In this document: one piece after another, positions 45,546 through 61,085 of the stretch
How positions within the stretch are numbered: the first letter of the stretch is position 1
Layout of the letters: every line of letters begins with the position of its first letter
Assembly (NCBI GenBank): GCA_965207375.1
Contig: CBDBMG010000003.1
Span: forward strand, 448,001 to 512,000
DNA length: 64,000 nucleotides
Origin: Nitrosopumilaceae archaeon
GTDB taxonomy: Archaea > Thermoproteota > Nitrososphaeria > Nitrososphaerales > Nitrosopumilaceae
Direction of reading: 5' to 3'
Program-made: the position numbers and the translations under genes
The notes under the pieces: model-generated
Seen by the model: only the letters and a program-made list of their open reading frames with translations
Told to the model about the DNA's origin: nothing
Databases searched by the model: none

Positions 45546-48361
45546 ATGTCAAGAAATGCCGCGCAAGAAAGTGAACTTGAAGAGGTTATGTATGCATCTT
45601 GTCGAATGGTGCAGCGACTTCTCACTTCCTTTCTTAGGACTCTTGATCCTAGTGAACTGGATATGTTGATTTATCAAGTTAGCAAACTGTTCCACTTAAT
45701 GAGAGCTTCCAGTGTATGTACAGATGAAATCCTTGAGACGGTCGGAATTGGCCTAACTTTACTTCAGAATGCCCAGGCCTCGTCCGAAGAAAGAAACAGG
45801 GAATATCATCCTGCTGGATTGCTACCAGTTAATACTAGAGGGCGTCCACGATTAGATGTTTCGAACACCCAGCTTGAGTATCTGCTTAATATAGGGTTTT
45901 CTTGTCCACGAATCGCTAATGTCCTTGGTGTCAGTTTAAGCACCATTAGGAGGAGAATGATTGATTGCAACTTAAGCGTTTCATCTGTTTATTCCCAGAT
46001 AAGTGATGATGAACTGGATGTCCTTGTTGCAGATATTAAACATACTTTTCCTAATTGTGGATATCGTTTAATGTGAGGGCATTTGCTGAATCAGGGCCAC
46101 CGAGTTACCCAGATGCGCATTAGGGATTCCCTACACAGAGTTGACCCTGATGGCTCAGTTTTACGGTGGGCAGCAACAATTCAACGAAGAAAGTATAGAG
46201 TGTCATCACCACTTTCCTTGTGGCACATAGATGGTAACCATAAATTAATTCGGTAAGCTATGTAATTACAACATAGCTAACTCATACATTACACTGATGT
46301 ATTAATTATTTTAGGTGGAGAATAGTTGTACATGGAGGGGTGGACGGCTATTCTAGGGTACCAGTATACTTACAATGTTCAAATAATAATAGAGCAGAGA
46401 CTGTGTTGAGGCTTTTTAAAGAAGCAGTTAATAACTATGGATTACCTTCTCGAGTCCGCTGTGATGCAGGAAGAGAAAATGTTGATGTATCCTTGTTTCT
46501 GTTAACACATCCACTGCGTGGTCCTGGGCGTGGCACAGTCATTGTTGGAAAGAGTGTTCATAATCAGAGGATTGAAAGGATGTGGCGAGACGTGTATCAG
46601 GGAGTTTTGGATATTTATTACCGATTATTTTATTATCTGGAAAGCAATAACATATTAGATCCTAACAATGATATTCACCTTTATTGTCTTCACTATATCT
46701 TTATCCCACGTATTAACAGTCACCTCCAGCACTGGAAGAATGCATGGATTAAGCATTCTTTACAATCTGAAGGCAATCTAACTCCAGAACAATTGTGGGT
46801 GGTTGGACTACAAAGGATTGCTCATTCTGGGAATCTTATTGCCACTGATGAAGTATGTATGTGTAAGGTTTAGTTTTAGTACAATTGTTAGCCTTTTACT
46901 TCTTAATTGTTCTAGCTACACTCAGACTAACACAAGTATACCGCTACATGAAATGTGCAGCTTTCATATTTGTTATCAATTGGTGGTTCATTCACAAAGC
47001 CAATTAGCTCATGCAGGGTTAATTATATTGAGGATCTTATATTTGTGGGATGCCTATAGTCTTCTATGTTTATCTAGCTAGTATGACTCTAGACAGATGT
47101 TAAAAGCATCGTGGGGGCGAGCCTGATCGTGATTAAATGCGTTTATCTATTATGTGCAATCAGTGTGTACTGTAAAGCAATAGTAATAATCTATGCTTCA
47201 GGTTAATTTTTCGTAGGTTAGGCACCACGTGCACGCAGGGATAATAGATTAAGCACGCCCCTGGCCATACCAGAAAATAAACGTTGAAGTAGGCAGTCGG
47301 ATCAAGTCCCCGTCAGTACCTAATGTCAACATGAGACGACTACATGCACGCAATAAAAATGGCAGCAACTGCTCGATAATAAGAACTATAAGTATAATTA
47401 AACTAAGTGCACGTGCGTTTCTCGTTACCACGTGGTACCATAATGGAGATATCTAACCTCGTACCTTCTAGTTAAAAACTAAGCTAATCAACTGCTACAT
47501 GCATGATCTCCCTAGTCTCATAAGCTACTTAGTCTTCTATAGCTGCTTACCTAGTGTACATATACCTAGCAGGCCAATTCAGCAGTATTTGCCTACTGTT
47601 TTGTGTGATGAAAGCACAAGTTTATCGACACCATCTTTCTCAATTTTCTTGCCTTTCAGAAAGAAAAGGAAGATACTGAAAGATGAAAGGAAATACATAC
47701 TATGGCTCAGTGGATGAATCTTCATCAGAACAGCTGTTTCATAAGTCCGACGTGATTACCTTTGCTGTGTGAAAAATCTGGAGCCATACACCTAGCGCAA
47801 CCAGGTCTTAATGGCAGGCTGGCAGACAAAATTTAGGTAATTTTTGAAATTTTTGAAATTTGCTACATCAGACTTTTCGCTGTGTTTAGCAAATGTACAG
47901 CATTGTTACAGCAGTACCAATGCATTTAAGCTGGTTTTTTCGGCTTAAGCCTATTGTAAGGTGGTTTTGAAAGTGCAAAAAATCCATAAGCCATAGTTTT
48001 TCATAGTGATCCCTACTATTAAGTACTACTGTACCTAATGATACAGTGTTTATTGTTTTTTACCTAATACTTCCTGACCATATTGGATTTAGCAAATACG
48101 TAGCTAGCTAGCATTTATTTTGTCTAACTTATATAATAGGATGAAGTACAACAGTTTGGTGTGGACTGGGAAGGAATAAATGTGGAAAGTAATGATGATG
48201 CTACTATAGATGTCCCAGACACACCATGTCCCCTTAATCTGATGGAATTTGAAGAACTTATGAGGCTAGTGCCCCCATTATCAGAAAGTACCCATTATGG
48301 AATTGATTTGTATGAGGAAGTATTTGATTACGTGTCTAGAGCCTGTCATCATATTATGTAG
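45546..48361 (+). pseudogene. HTH + DDE integrase-core transposase (IS3/IS481-related eukaryotic type, IS3EU-like), 3 exons, one nonsense codon
   Basis: Exons 45546-46252, 46315-46852 and 48140-48361 with GT-AG introns. HTH IANVLGVSLSTIRRRM; DDE motifs [46 protein letters not shown]-terminal FGVDWEG..YGIDLY. In-frame TGA at 46074-46076. Confidence 0.85.
47560..48042 (-). mobile_element. Partial fold-back family 1 relative in intron 2 of the transposase
   Basis: Ends with CCCTACTATTAAGTACTACTGTACCTAATGAT, close to the reverse complement of the family's left end. Confidence 0.65.
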
Positions 48362-50100
48362 ATTTAGGCTAGACAGAGCCACATATAGCTATAGCTAGCT
48401 ATGCTGTAATACTGTAGCTACTGTAAATCGCTATGTACTACAAACAGATAACTTTTGAAAGATAATTATGACATTTGATTTAGCTATTTATCTTCTAAAC
48501 AAGGTTGGCTAGCTAGCTAGCTATCTGAATAGCTATGTGGAGCACGTAACTGAGTCTGCAGCTAGTTTTTAACATGAGAGGCAATTTAATTTGTTAACTT
48601 AGTGATCACTACTAACAACCTTAGATAAGGCACTCTAGCTATATGATATCCTGTAACCACACATCAATTGGCAATTCCTACTGTGATGTTGCATTAAGTT
48701 AGAAGTCAGTAGTCATTATCTCCCAGTCCATGGGTGGATCAAAGAAATCACCATGTAGGGTGATAAGTTGAAATTACGTAGTTATCACCAGTGGGTTGAT
48801 AACTAGATATTAACTGCCTAGTGACAAATAGTTAGCAAGGTTTGATTGGCTATATGCATGGGAGTTGTACCCCATTCACTCGTATGGTATCCTTGCAATT
48901 GGTAGGATTATGTGATCAATCATGATGTAGCTATTCTTCATAACTATGATTATGATATTACTAACATGATATAGCTAGCGGTGTTGCACGGTATATTTCA
49001 GTAAAGAGAATACAAGGTATCAATATCTAGTGTAGCTACTGTCTATTAATTAATTCTGTGTGGCATCATTGATAATCTAAGTGTTGTAAAGATTCTTATT
49101 TATATTAGCTACATTGTATAGAAACAGTTGTAAAAATAGCTAGCTATGGCCATAAATACTTTTGATAACTTGTAAACAGTAGCCATACTATAGATATACC
49201 CATAATATCAACTACACAAACCATTTCTTCCATACATTGTATCAATTATATTGCTATGATTTTATTAGATAGCTTGCTTGTTTGTATATTTTATGGTAAT
49301 CATGATACCGTAGTTACGTAGCTTCGTTGCTAAAAAAGTTTGTAGCTATATATGAGCGTTTTGTTTACAAAATTAAAGCACAAGATTTTTTTGAAATGTT
49401 TTGTAGAATCAGTTGGGCGAACACAAAAACTTTGTAAGGATAGATTACCTGGGCTTTATATCCATAAGCCCGAAGCTAGCACACTCGACACTCGTATCGA
49501 TATGTGAGAGTGATAGTGGCTGCCCAAAAGGAATTAGCTAGCTACCATGCACAAAATATTTCATTTTACACATGATTACTTATCATTAATACAGGTCACA
49601 CAGCACTCATCTTCATCCAGTGCCATGCATCACCAGCATGCAAAAGAAATTCTGTATTAAAAAAATTTGGTTAAAATTATTTCGTGCTACTTTTAAGAAA
49701 TTAAAACACCTCGATTTTTTATTCCACGACACTTTTTAGCAACAAAGTTTTTGAAATCTCATAGCTAATCACTCAGCTCTGGCAATCTGGCATGACAATT
49801 TAACTTTGATTTGTTGTTCTTACATGAATAATTTTATTAATTCACAAGCAGACAAGTAACCTTAAGTTGACAGAGCTCTCGACTGTCACTCAAGTTTCAC
49901 TCAATCTGATTCTCACTCTTTCACCCACAACACCACTAACTCACTAATAAATATAGCTACGCTCACCGTCACAAAACTACCTCTAGCTAACCATACATCA
50001 CAGGATCAAATTAAATTATACACATGCTTTTAAAGTGCATGCTGTTGGGTCATATAGCTAGCTATATATCACATCCTGTTTGCTGGAGACATAGATTGAC

Positions 50101-50286
50101 ATTTGTGACCAGGCCTGTGAAAATTAACCATCGTGAAATCTTTCTTATCATAATTTATGTTCTGTTTATACTAGAAAACTAACTACAATTTTTACAGAAT
50201 TTGATGGAGAATCTTATAAAGCTCTTCAACTAGCTAGAGGTAATTTGCACTCACATGGTTGATTTTTGCAGGCCTGGTCACATTTG
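50101..50286. mobile_element. MITE
   Basis: TIR TGTGACCAGGCCTGTGAAAATTAACCA / TGGTTGATTTTTGCAGGCCTGGTCACA. Confidence 0.75.
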
Positions 50287-51009
50287 CAAAGCATATAATT
50301 ATTATACCTAGATTAAAGCCTACTAACCCCATAGACAATGTAGCTATATAGCTCAGCACAATGTAATTTTTAATTGGGCTTCAAGTTTTGTAGCTATATA
50401 GTTTCCCCTGTTTGGATGTGTATTGTTATTATTATTATAAGTGTGCACCCGTATGAGCAGGCATGTAGCTATAGGCTATAGGGGGTTATGTGATAAGCAT
50501 ATATAAGAACAATTCCTATAGGCCAGAATTACACAAGGACTTCAGAAAAATACGTGAATTAAATGAGTAGCTATAGCTATATAAGTCCTTGACAGAGCAT
50601 CATGCACTACCGCTTTAAATTACTGTAATACACCTTCCAGGAAGGTGGTGCACATCTATAGCTATAAGTCAATGTTCCTGCAGGAAAAGTCTCCAATTTG
50701 TTAGCCATGCATTAGCTAGCTACTATTGTAAAATTAATAATTGCAGATCTCATATGTATATGAGTAGCTATAATGCAATGTGATTAGTTAGTTAAGCTAT
50801 GTATTGTAAAATATATTTCAAGTATGTGTTACATACTTTATTTGGCCTTTTATTCTATTGGTAGGTATAGCTATATGTATAGCTACCTACAGGGGTAACT
50901 CTGGCACATTGATATGGCTTATCTATTCTGTCATATAGCCAGCTTATAACAAAAAAGCTATAGCTACAGCTACAGCTATAGCTACATCACCAGCTACATC
51001 ACTATAACA

Positions 51010-51295
51010 AATAGCTACAGCTATAGCTACATCACCAGTGTATGATAACTCGCTAGCTATATGCATACAGTAGCTAACCAGTGGATGATAACTCACAACA
51101 CTAGCAAGCTATACCTGCAGTAACCAGTGGATGATAACTCATAATACCGTATAGCTAGCTAGCTATATACATGCAGTGATAACTCACAACACTGTAGCTA
51201 TAGCTAATAGCTTTACACACATGCAGTCACCAGTGGATGATAACTCACAACACTGTATAGCTAGCTATAGCTGTACATGCAGTCACCAGTGGAAT
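51010..51295. repeat. Degenerate minisatellite, about 50-bp units
   Basis: Recurring ACCAGTGGATGATAACTCACAACAC. Confidence 0.7.
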
Positions 51296-51729
51296 GCCAA
51301 TTCAGAAATTTGTATTGTAGCTAGCTAGCTAGCTATTATAAATTAGCCAGCTATGATGTAGCTATTTCACATGCATGCATGTGTTCAATTTTCAATTCAC
51401 TTGGCTGTTTCACTATTGGCTTTCTTTACTATAGCTAAGCATAGCTAATTAAGCTTTTTTCAATTCACTTTGCTATATACGTACGTAGCTAGCTACATAG
51501 CTATACGTATACGTATACATATATAGCTAGCTAAGCGCTTTCAATTTTCACTATAAGCCCATTCAATTCATTTTGCTATTGTTATATTTCACTATAGCTA
51601 GCTAACCCTTTTCAACTCATTTTGCTGCATGCATGCATGTACATGTATGACTGTAACTTTTGAATATACGTAGCTACGTATAGCATATAGTAAAAAAGCA
51701 AACAAATGAGACCTGAAATGGATACAGTA

Positions 51730-54700
51730 ACTATATGAGGCTACACAGTGACACACTGTCACCATACAGTATATAGCTATGAGGCTACACAGTGACACAC
51801 TGTCACCATACAGTATATAGCTAGCTATGAGGCTACACAGTGACACACTGTCACCATACAGTATATAGCTAGCTATGAGGCTACACAGTGACACTCTGTC
51901 ACCATACAGTATATAGCTAGCTAGCTATGAGGCTACACTGTGACACACTGTCACCATACAGTATATAGCTAGCTATGAGGCTACACAGTGACACACTGTC
52001 ACCATACAGTATATAGCTAGCTAGCTATGAGGATACACAGTGACACACTGTCACCATACAGTATATAGCTAGCTATGAGGCTACACAGTGACACACTGTC
52101 ACCATACAGTATATAGCTAGCTATGAGGCTACACAGTGACACACTGTCACCATACAGTATATAGCTAGCTATGAGGCTACACAGTGACACACTGTCACCA
52201 TACAGTATATAGCTAGCTATGAGGCTACACAGTGACACACTGTCACCATACAGTATATAGCTAGCTATGAGGCTACACAGTGACACACTGTCACCATACA
52301 GTATATAGCTAGCTATGAGGCTACACAGTGACACACTGTCATCATACAGTATATAGCTAGCTATGAGGCTACACTGTGACACTCTGTCACCATACAGTAT
52401 ATAGCTAGCTATGAGGCTACACAGTGACACACTGTCACCATACAGTATATAGCTAGCTATGAGGCTACACAGTGACACACTGTCACCATACAGTATATAG
52501 CTAGCTATGAGGCTACACAGTGACACACTGTCACCATACAGTATATAGCTAGCTATGAGGCTACACAGTGACACACTGTCATCATACAGTATATAGCTAG
52601 CTATGAGGCTACACTGTGACACTCTGTCACCATACAGTATATAGCTAGCTAGCTATGAGGCTACACTGTGACACACTGTCACCATACAGTATATAGCTAG
52701 CTATGAGGCTACACAGTGACACACTGTCACCATACAGTATATAGCTAGCTATGAGGCTACACAGTGACACACTGTCACCATACAGTATATAGCTAGCTAG
52801 CTATGAGGATACACAGTGACACACTGTCACCATACAGTATATAGCTAGCTATGAGGCTACACAGTGACACACTGTCACCATACAGTATATAGCTAGCTAT
52901 GAGGCTACACAGTGACACACTGTCACCATACAGTATATAGCTAGCTAGCTATGAGGATACACTGTGACACACTGTCACCATACAGTATATAGCTAGCTAT
53001 GAGGCTACACAGTGACACACTGTCATCATACAGTATATAGCTAGCTATGAGGCTACACTGTGACACTCTGTCACCATACAGTATATAGCTAGCTATGAGG
53101 CTACACAGTGACACACTGTCACCATACAGTATATAGCTAGCTATGAGGCTACACAGTGACACACTGTCACCATACAGTATATAGCTAGCTATGAGGCTAC
53201 ACAGTGACACACTGTCACCATACAGTATATAGCTAGCTATGAGGCTACACAGTGACACACTGTCATCATACAGTATATAGCTAGCTATGAGGCTACACTG
53301 TGACACTCTGTCACCATACAGTATATAGCTAGCTAGCTATGAGGCTACACTGTGACACACTGTCACCATACAGTATATAGCTAGCTATGAGGCTACACAG
53401 TGACATACTGTCACCATACAGTATATAGCTAGCTATGAGGCTACACAGTGACACACTGTCATCATACAGTATATAGCTAGCTATGAGGCTACACAGTGAC
53501 ACACTGTCACCATACAGTATATAGCTAGCTATGAGGCTACACAGTGACATACTGTCACCATACAGTATATAGCTAGCTATGAGGCTACACTGTGACACAC
53601 AGTCACCATACAGTATATAGCTAGCTATGAGGCTACACAGTGACACACTGTCACCATACAGTATATAGCTAGCTATGAGGCTACACAGTGACATACTGTC
53701 ACCATACAGTATATAGCTAGCTATGAGGCTACACAGTGACATACTGTCACCATACAGTATATAGCTAGCTATGAGGCTACACAGTGACACACTGTCACCA
53801 TACAGTATATAGCTAGCTAGCTATGAGGATACACAGTGACACACTGTCACCATACAGTATATAGCTAGCTATGAGGATACACAGTGACACACTGTCACCA
53901 TACAGTATATAGCTAGCTATGAGGCTACACTGTGACACACTGTCACCATACAGTATATAGCTAGCTAGCTATGAGGATACACAGTGACACACTGTCACCA
54001 TACAGTATATAGCTAGCTATGAGGCTACACTGTGACATACTGTCACCATACAGTATATAGCTAGCTATGAGGCTACACAGTGACACACTGTCACCATACA
54101 GTATATAGCTAGCTAGCTATGAGGCTACACAGTGACACACTGTCACCATACAGTATATAGCTATGAGGCTACACAGTGACACACTGTCACCATACAGTAT
54201 ATAGCTAGCTATGAGGCTACACAGTGACACACTGTCACCATACAGTATATAGCTAGCTATGAGGCTACACAGTGACACTCTGTCACCATACAGTATATAG
54301 CTAGCTAGCTATGAGGCTACACTGTGACACACTGTCACCATACAGTATATAGCTAGCTATGAGGCTACACAGTGACACACTGTCACCATACAGTATATAG
54401 CTAGCTAGCTATGAGGATACACAGTGACACACTGTCACCATACAGTATATAGCTAGCTATGAGGCTACACAGTGACACACTGTCACCATACAGTATATAG
54501 CTAGCTATGAGGCTACACAGTGACACACTGTCACCATACAGTATATAGCTAGCTATGAGGCTACACAGTGACACACTGTCACCATACAGTATATAGCTAG
54601 CTATGAGGCTACACAGTGACACACTGTCACCATACAGTATATAGCTAGCTAGCTATGAGGATACACAGTGACACACTGTCACCATACAGTATATAGCTAG

Positions 54701-57700
54701 CTATGAGGCTACACAGTGACACACTGTCACCATACAGTATATAGCTAGCTATGAGGCTACACAGTGACACTCTGTCACCATACAGTATATAGCTAGCTAG
54801 CTATGAGGCTACACTGTGACACACTGTCACCATACAGTATATAGCTAGCTATGAGGCTACACAGTGACACACTGTCACCATACAGTATATAGCTAGCTAG
54901 CTATGAGGATACACAGTGACACACTGTCACCATACAGTATATAGCTAGCTATGAGGCTACACAGTGACACACTGTCACCATACAGTATATAGCTAGCTAT
55001 GAGGCTACACAGTGACACACTGTCACCATACAGTATATAGCTAGCTATGAGGCTACACAGTGACACACTGTCACCATACAGTATATAGCTAGCTATGAGG
55101 CTACACAGTGACACACTGTCACCATACAGTATATAGCTAGCTAGCTATGAGGATACACAGTGACACACTGTCACCATACAGTATATAGCTAGCTATGAGG
55201 CTACACAGTGACACACTGTCACCATACAGTATATAGCTAGCTATGAGGCTACACAGTGACACACTGTCACCATACAGTATATAGCTAGCTATGAGGCTAC
55301 ACAGTGACACACTGTCACCATACAGTATATAGCTAGCTAGCTATGAGGCTACACAGTGACACACTGTCATCATACAGTATATAGCTAGCTATGAGGCTAC
55401 ACTGTGACACTCTGTCACCATACAGTATATAGCTAGCTATGAGGCTACACAGTGACACACTGTCACCATACAGTATATAGCTAGCTATGAGGCTACACAG
55501 TGACACACTGTCACCATACAGTATATAGCTAGCTATGAGGCTACACAGTGACACACTGTCACCATACAGTATATAGCTAGCTATGAGGCTACACAGTGAC
55601 AGACTGTCACCATACAGTATATAGCTAGCTATGAGGCTACACAGTGACACACTGTCACCATACAGTATATAGCTAGCTATGAGGCTACACAGTGACACAC
55701 TGTCACCATACAGTATATAGCTAGCTATGAGGCTACACAGTGACACACTGTCACCATACAGTATATAGCTAGCTATGAGGATACACAGTGACACACTGTC
55801 ACCATACAGTATATAGCTAGCTATGAGGCTACACAGTGACACACTGTCACCATACAGTATATAGCTAGCTATGAGGCTACACAGTGACACACTGTCACCA
55901 TACAGTATATAGCTAGCTATGAGGCTACACAGTGACACACTGTCACCATACAGTATATAGCTAGCTATGAGGCTACACAGTGACACACTGTCACCATACA
56001 GTATATAGCTAGCTATGAGGCTACACAGTGACACACTGTCACCATACAGTATATAGCTAGCTATGAGGCTACACTGTGACATACTGTCACCATACAGTAT
56101 ATAGCTAGCTAGCTATGAGGATACACAGTGACACACTGTCACCATACAGTATATAGCTAGCTATGAGGCTACACAGTGACATACTGTCACCATACAGTAT
56201 ATAGCTAGCTATGAGGCTACACAGTGACACACTGTCACCATACAGTATATAGCTAGCTATGAGGCTACACAGTGACACACTGTCACCATACAGTATATAG
56301 CTAGCTATGAGGCTACACAGTGACACACTGTCATCATACAGTATATAGCTAGCTATGAGGCTACACTGTGACACTCTGTCACCATACAGTATATAGCTAG
56401 CTATGAGGCTACACAGTGACACACTGTCACCATACAGTATATAGCTAGCTATGAGGCTACACAGTGACACACTGTCACCATACAGTATATAGCTAGCTAT
56501 GAGGCTACACAGTGACACACTGTCACCATACAGTATATAGCTAGCTATGAGGCTACACAGTGACACACTGTCATCATACAGTATATAGCTAGCTATGAGG
56601 CTACACTGTGACACTCTGTCACCATACAGTATATAGCTAGCTAGCTATGAGGCTACACTGTGACACACTGTCACCATACAGTATATAGCTAGCTATGAGG
56701 CTACACAGTGACACACTGTCACCATACAGTATATAGCTAGCTATGAGGCTACACAGTGACACACTGTCACCATACAGTATATAGCTAGCTAGCTATGAGG
56801 ATACACAGTGACACACTGTCACCATACAGTATATAGCTAGCTATGAGGCTACACAGTGACACACTGTCACCATACAGTATATAGCTAGCTATGAGGCTAC
56901 ACAGTGACACACTGTCACCATACAGTATATAGCTAGCTAGCTATGAGGATACACTGTGACACACTGTCACCATACAGTATATAGCTAGCTATGAGGCTAC
57001 ACAGTGACACACTGTCATCATACAGTATATAGCTAGCTATGAGGCTACACTGTGACACTCTGTCACCATACAGTATATAGCTAGCTATGAGGCTACACAG
57101 TGACACACTGTCACCATACAGTATATAGCTAGCTATGAGGCTACACAGTGACACACTGTCACCATACAGTATATAGCTAGCTATGAGGCTACACAGTGAC
57201 ACACTGTCACCATACAGTATATAGCTAGCTATGAGGCTACACAGTGACACACTGTCATCATACAGTATATAGCTAGCTATGAGGCTACACTGTGACACTC
57301 TGTCACCATACAGTATATAGCTAGCTAGCTATGAGGCTACACTGTGACACACTGTCACCATACAGTATATAGCTAGCTATGAGGCTACACAGTGACACAC
57401 TGTCACCATACAGTATATAGCTAGCTAGCTATGAGGCTACACAGTGACACACTGTCACCATACAGTATATAGCTAGCTATGAGGCTACACAGTGACACAC
57501 TGTCACCATACAGTATATAGCTAGCTATGAGGCTACACAGTGACACACTGTCACCATACAGTATATAGCTAGCTATGAGGCTACACAGTGACACACTGTC
57601 ACCATACAGTATATAGCTAGCTATGAGGCTACACAGTGACACACTGTCACCATACAGTATATAGCTAGCTATGAGGCTACACAGTGACACACTATCACCA

Positions 57701-60700
57701 TACAGTATATAGCTAGCTAGCTATGAGGCTACACTGTGACACACTGTCACCATACAGTATATAGCTAGCTATGAGGCTACACAGTGACATACTGTCACCA
57801 TACAGTATATAGCTAGCTATGAGGCTACACAGTGACACACTGTCATCATACAGTATATAGCTAGCTATGAGGCTACACAGTGACACACTGTCACCATACA
57901 GTATATAGCTAGCTATGAGGCTACACAGTGACATACTGTCACCATACAGTATATAGCTAGCTATGAGGCTACACTGTGACACACAGTCACCATACAGTAT
58001 ATAGCTAGCTATGAGGCTACACAGTGACACACTGTCACCATACAGTATATAGCTAGCTATGAGGCTACACAGTGACATACTGTCACCATACAGTATATAG
58101 CTAGCTATGAGGCTACACAGTGACACACTGTCACCATACAGTATATAGCTAGCTAGCTATGAGGATACACAGTGACACACTGTCACCATACAGTATATAG
58201 CTAGCTATGAGGATACACAGTGACACACTGTCACCATACAGTATATAGCTAGCTATGAGGCTACACTGTGACACACTGTCACCATACAGTATATAGCTAG
58301 CTAGCTATGAGGATACACAGTGACACACTGTCACCATACAGTATATAGCTAGCTATGAGGCTACACTGTGACATACTGTCACCATACAGTATATAGCTAG
58401 CTATGAGGCTACACAGTGACACACTGTCACCATACAGTATATAGCTAGCTAGCTATGAGGCTACACAGTGACACACTGTCACCATACAGTATATAGCTAG
58501 CTATGAGGCTACACAGTGACACACTGTCACCATACAGTATATAGCTAGCTATGAGGCTACACAGTGACACACTGTCACCATACAGTATATAGCTAGCTAT
58601 GAGGCTACACAGTGACACACTGTCACCATACAGTATATAGCTAGCTATGAGGCTACACAGTGACACACTGTCACCATACAGTATATAGCTAGCTATGAGG
58701 CTACACAGTGACACACTATCACCATACAGTATATAGCTAGCTAGCTATGAGGCTACACAGTGACACACTATCACCATACAGTATATAGCTAGCTATGAGG
58801 CTACACAGTGACATACTGTCACCATACAGTATATAGCTAGCTATGAGGCTACACAGTGACACACTGTCACCATACAGTATATAGCTAGCTATGAGGCTAC
58901 ACAGTGACACACTGTCACCATACAGTATATAGCTAGCTATGAGGCTACACAGTGACACACTGTCACCATACAGTATATAGCTAGCTATGAGGCTACACAG
59001 TGACACACTGTCACCATACAGTATATAGCTAGCTATGAGGCTACACAGTGACACACTGTCACCATACAGTATATAGCTAGCTATGAGGCTACACAGTGAC
59101 ACACTGTCACCATACAGTATATAGCTAGCTATGAGGCTACACAGTGACACACTATCACCATACAGTATATAGCTAGCTAGCTATGAGGCTACACAGTGAC
59201 ACACTATCACCATACAGTATATAGCTAGCTATGAGGCTACACAGTGACACACTGTCACCATACAGTATATAGCTAGCTATGAGGCTACACAGTGACACAC
59301 TATCACCATACAGTATATAGCTAGCTATGAGGCTACACAGTGACACACTGTCACCATACAGTATATAGCTAGCTATGAGGCTACACAGTGACACACTGTC
59401 ACCATACAGTATATAGCTAGCTAGCTATGAGGCTACACAGTGACACACTGTCACCATACAGTATATAGCTAGCTATGAGGCTACACAGTGACACACTGTC
59501 ACCATACAGTATATAGCTAGCTATGAGGCTACACAGTGACACACTGTCACCATACAGTATATAGCTAGCTATGAGGCTACACAGTGACACACTGTCACCA
59601 TACAGTATATAGCTAGCTATGAGGCTACACTGTGACATACAGTATATAGCTAGCTATGAGGCTACACAGTGACACACTATCACCATACAGTATATAGCTA
59701 GCTATGAGGCTACACAGTACTGTCAATACAGTATATAGCTAGCTATGAGGCTACACAGTGACACACTGTCACCATACAGTATATAGCTAGCTATGAGGCT
59801 ACACAGTGACACACTGTCACCATACAGTATATAGCTAGCTATGAGGCTACACAGTGACACACTATCACTATACACATACAGTATAGCTATGAGGCTACAC
59901 AGTGACACACTGTCACCATACAGTATATAGCTAGCTATAGGCTACACAGTGACACACTGTCACCATATAGCTATGAGGACACACTGTCACCATACAGTAT
60001 ATAGCTAGCTATGAGGCTACACAGTGACACACTGTCATCATACAGTATATAGCTAGCTATGAGGCTACACTGTGACACTAGCTACAGTATATAGCTAGCT
60101 ATGAGGCTACACAGTGACACACTGTCACCATACAGTATATAGCTAGCTATGAGGCTACACAGTGACACACTGTCACCATCACCATACAGTATACCATAGC
60201 TAGCTATGAGGCTACACAGTGACACACTGTCACCATACAGTATATAGCTAGCTATGAGGCTACACAGTGACATACTGTCACCAGTATATAGCTAGCTATG
60301 AGGCAGTATATAGCTAGCTAGCTATGAGGATACACAGTGACACACTGTCACCATACAGTATATAGCTAGCTATGAGGCTACACAGTGACACACTGTCACC
60401 ATACAGTATATAGCTAGCTATGAGGCTACACAGTGACACACTGTCACCATACAGTATATATAGCTAGCTATGAGGCTACACATACAGTATATAGCTAGCT
60501 ATGAGGCTACACTGTGACATACCATACAGTATATAGCTAGCTATGAGGCTACACAGTGACATACTGTCACCATACAGTATATAGCTAGCTATGAGGCTAC
60601 ACAGTGACATACTGTCACCATACAGTATATAGCTAGCTATGAGGCTACACAGTGACATACTGTCACCATCATACAGTATATAGCTAGCTATGAGGCTACA

Positions 60701-61085
60701 CAGTATATAGCATACAGTATATAGCTAGCTATGAGGCTACACAGTGACACACTGTCACCATACAGTATATAGCTAGCTATGAGGCTACACAGTGACACAC
60801 TGTCACCATACAGTATATAGCTAGCTATGAGGCTACACAGTGACACACTGTCACCATACAGTATATAGCTAGCTATGAGGCTACACTGTGACACACTGTC
60901 ACCATACAGTATATAGTATATAGCTGATGAGGCTACACTGTGACATACTGTCACCATACAGTATATAGCTAGCTATGCATGAGGCTACACAGTGATACAC
61001 TGTCACCATACAGTATATAGCTAGCTATGAGGCTACACAGTGACACATGCACTATCACCATGCGTATATATAGCTATGAGGTTAC
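51730..61085. repeat. 48-bp tandem satellite, about 190 units
   Basis: Unit TATAGCTAGCTATGAGGCTACACAGTGACACACTGTCACCATACAGTA with 52-bp (+GCTA) variants; degenerates after about 59630. Confidence 0.98.

Noticed and set aside
47700-47750. Hammerhead-like words (GAAACAGCTGT, CTGATGA) on the minus strand
   Set aside because: There is no room for stem I between the motifs, and they are not conserved in other family copies.
51598-60957. SLCSLIASYILYGDSV repeat ORFs
   Set aside because: Artefact of a 48-bp unit. The frames are repeatedly broken by +4 variants, so there is no coding constraint.
51730-61085. CACAGTG/CACTGTG RSS heptamers in the satellite units
   Set aside because: No nonamer at 12/23 spacing and no RAG/Transib gene; probably chance.
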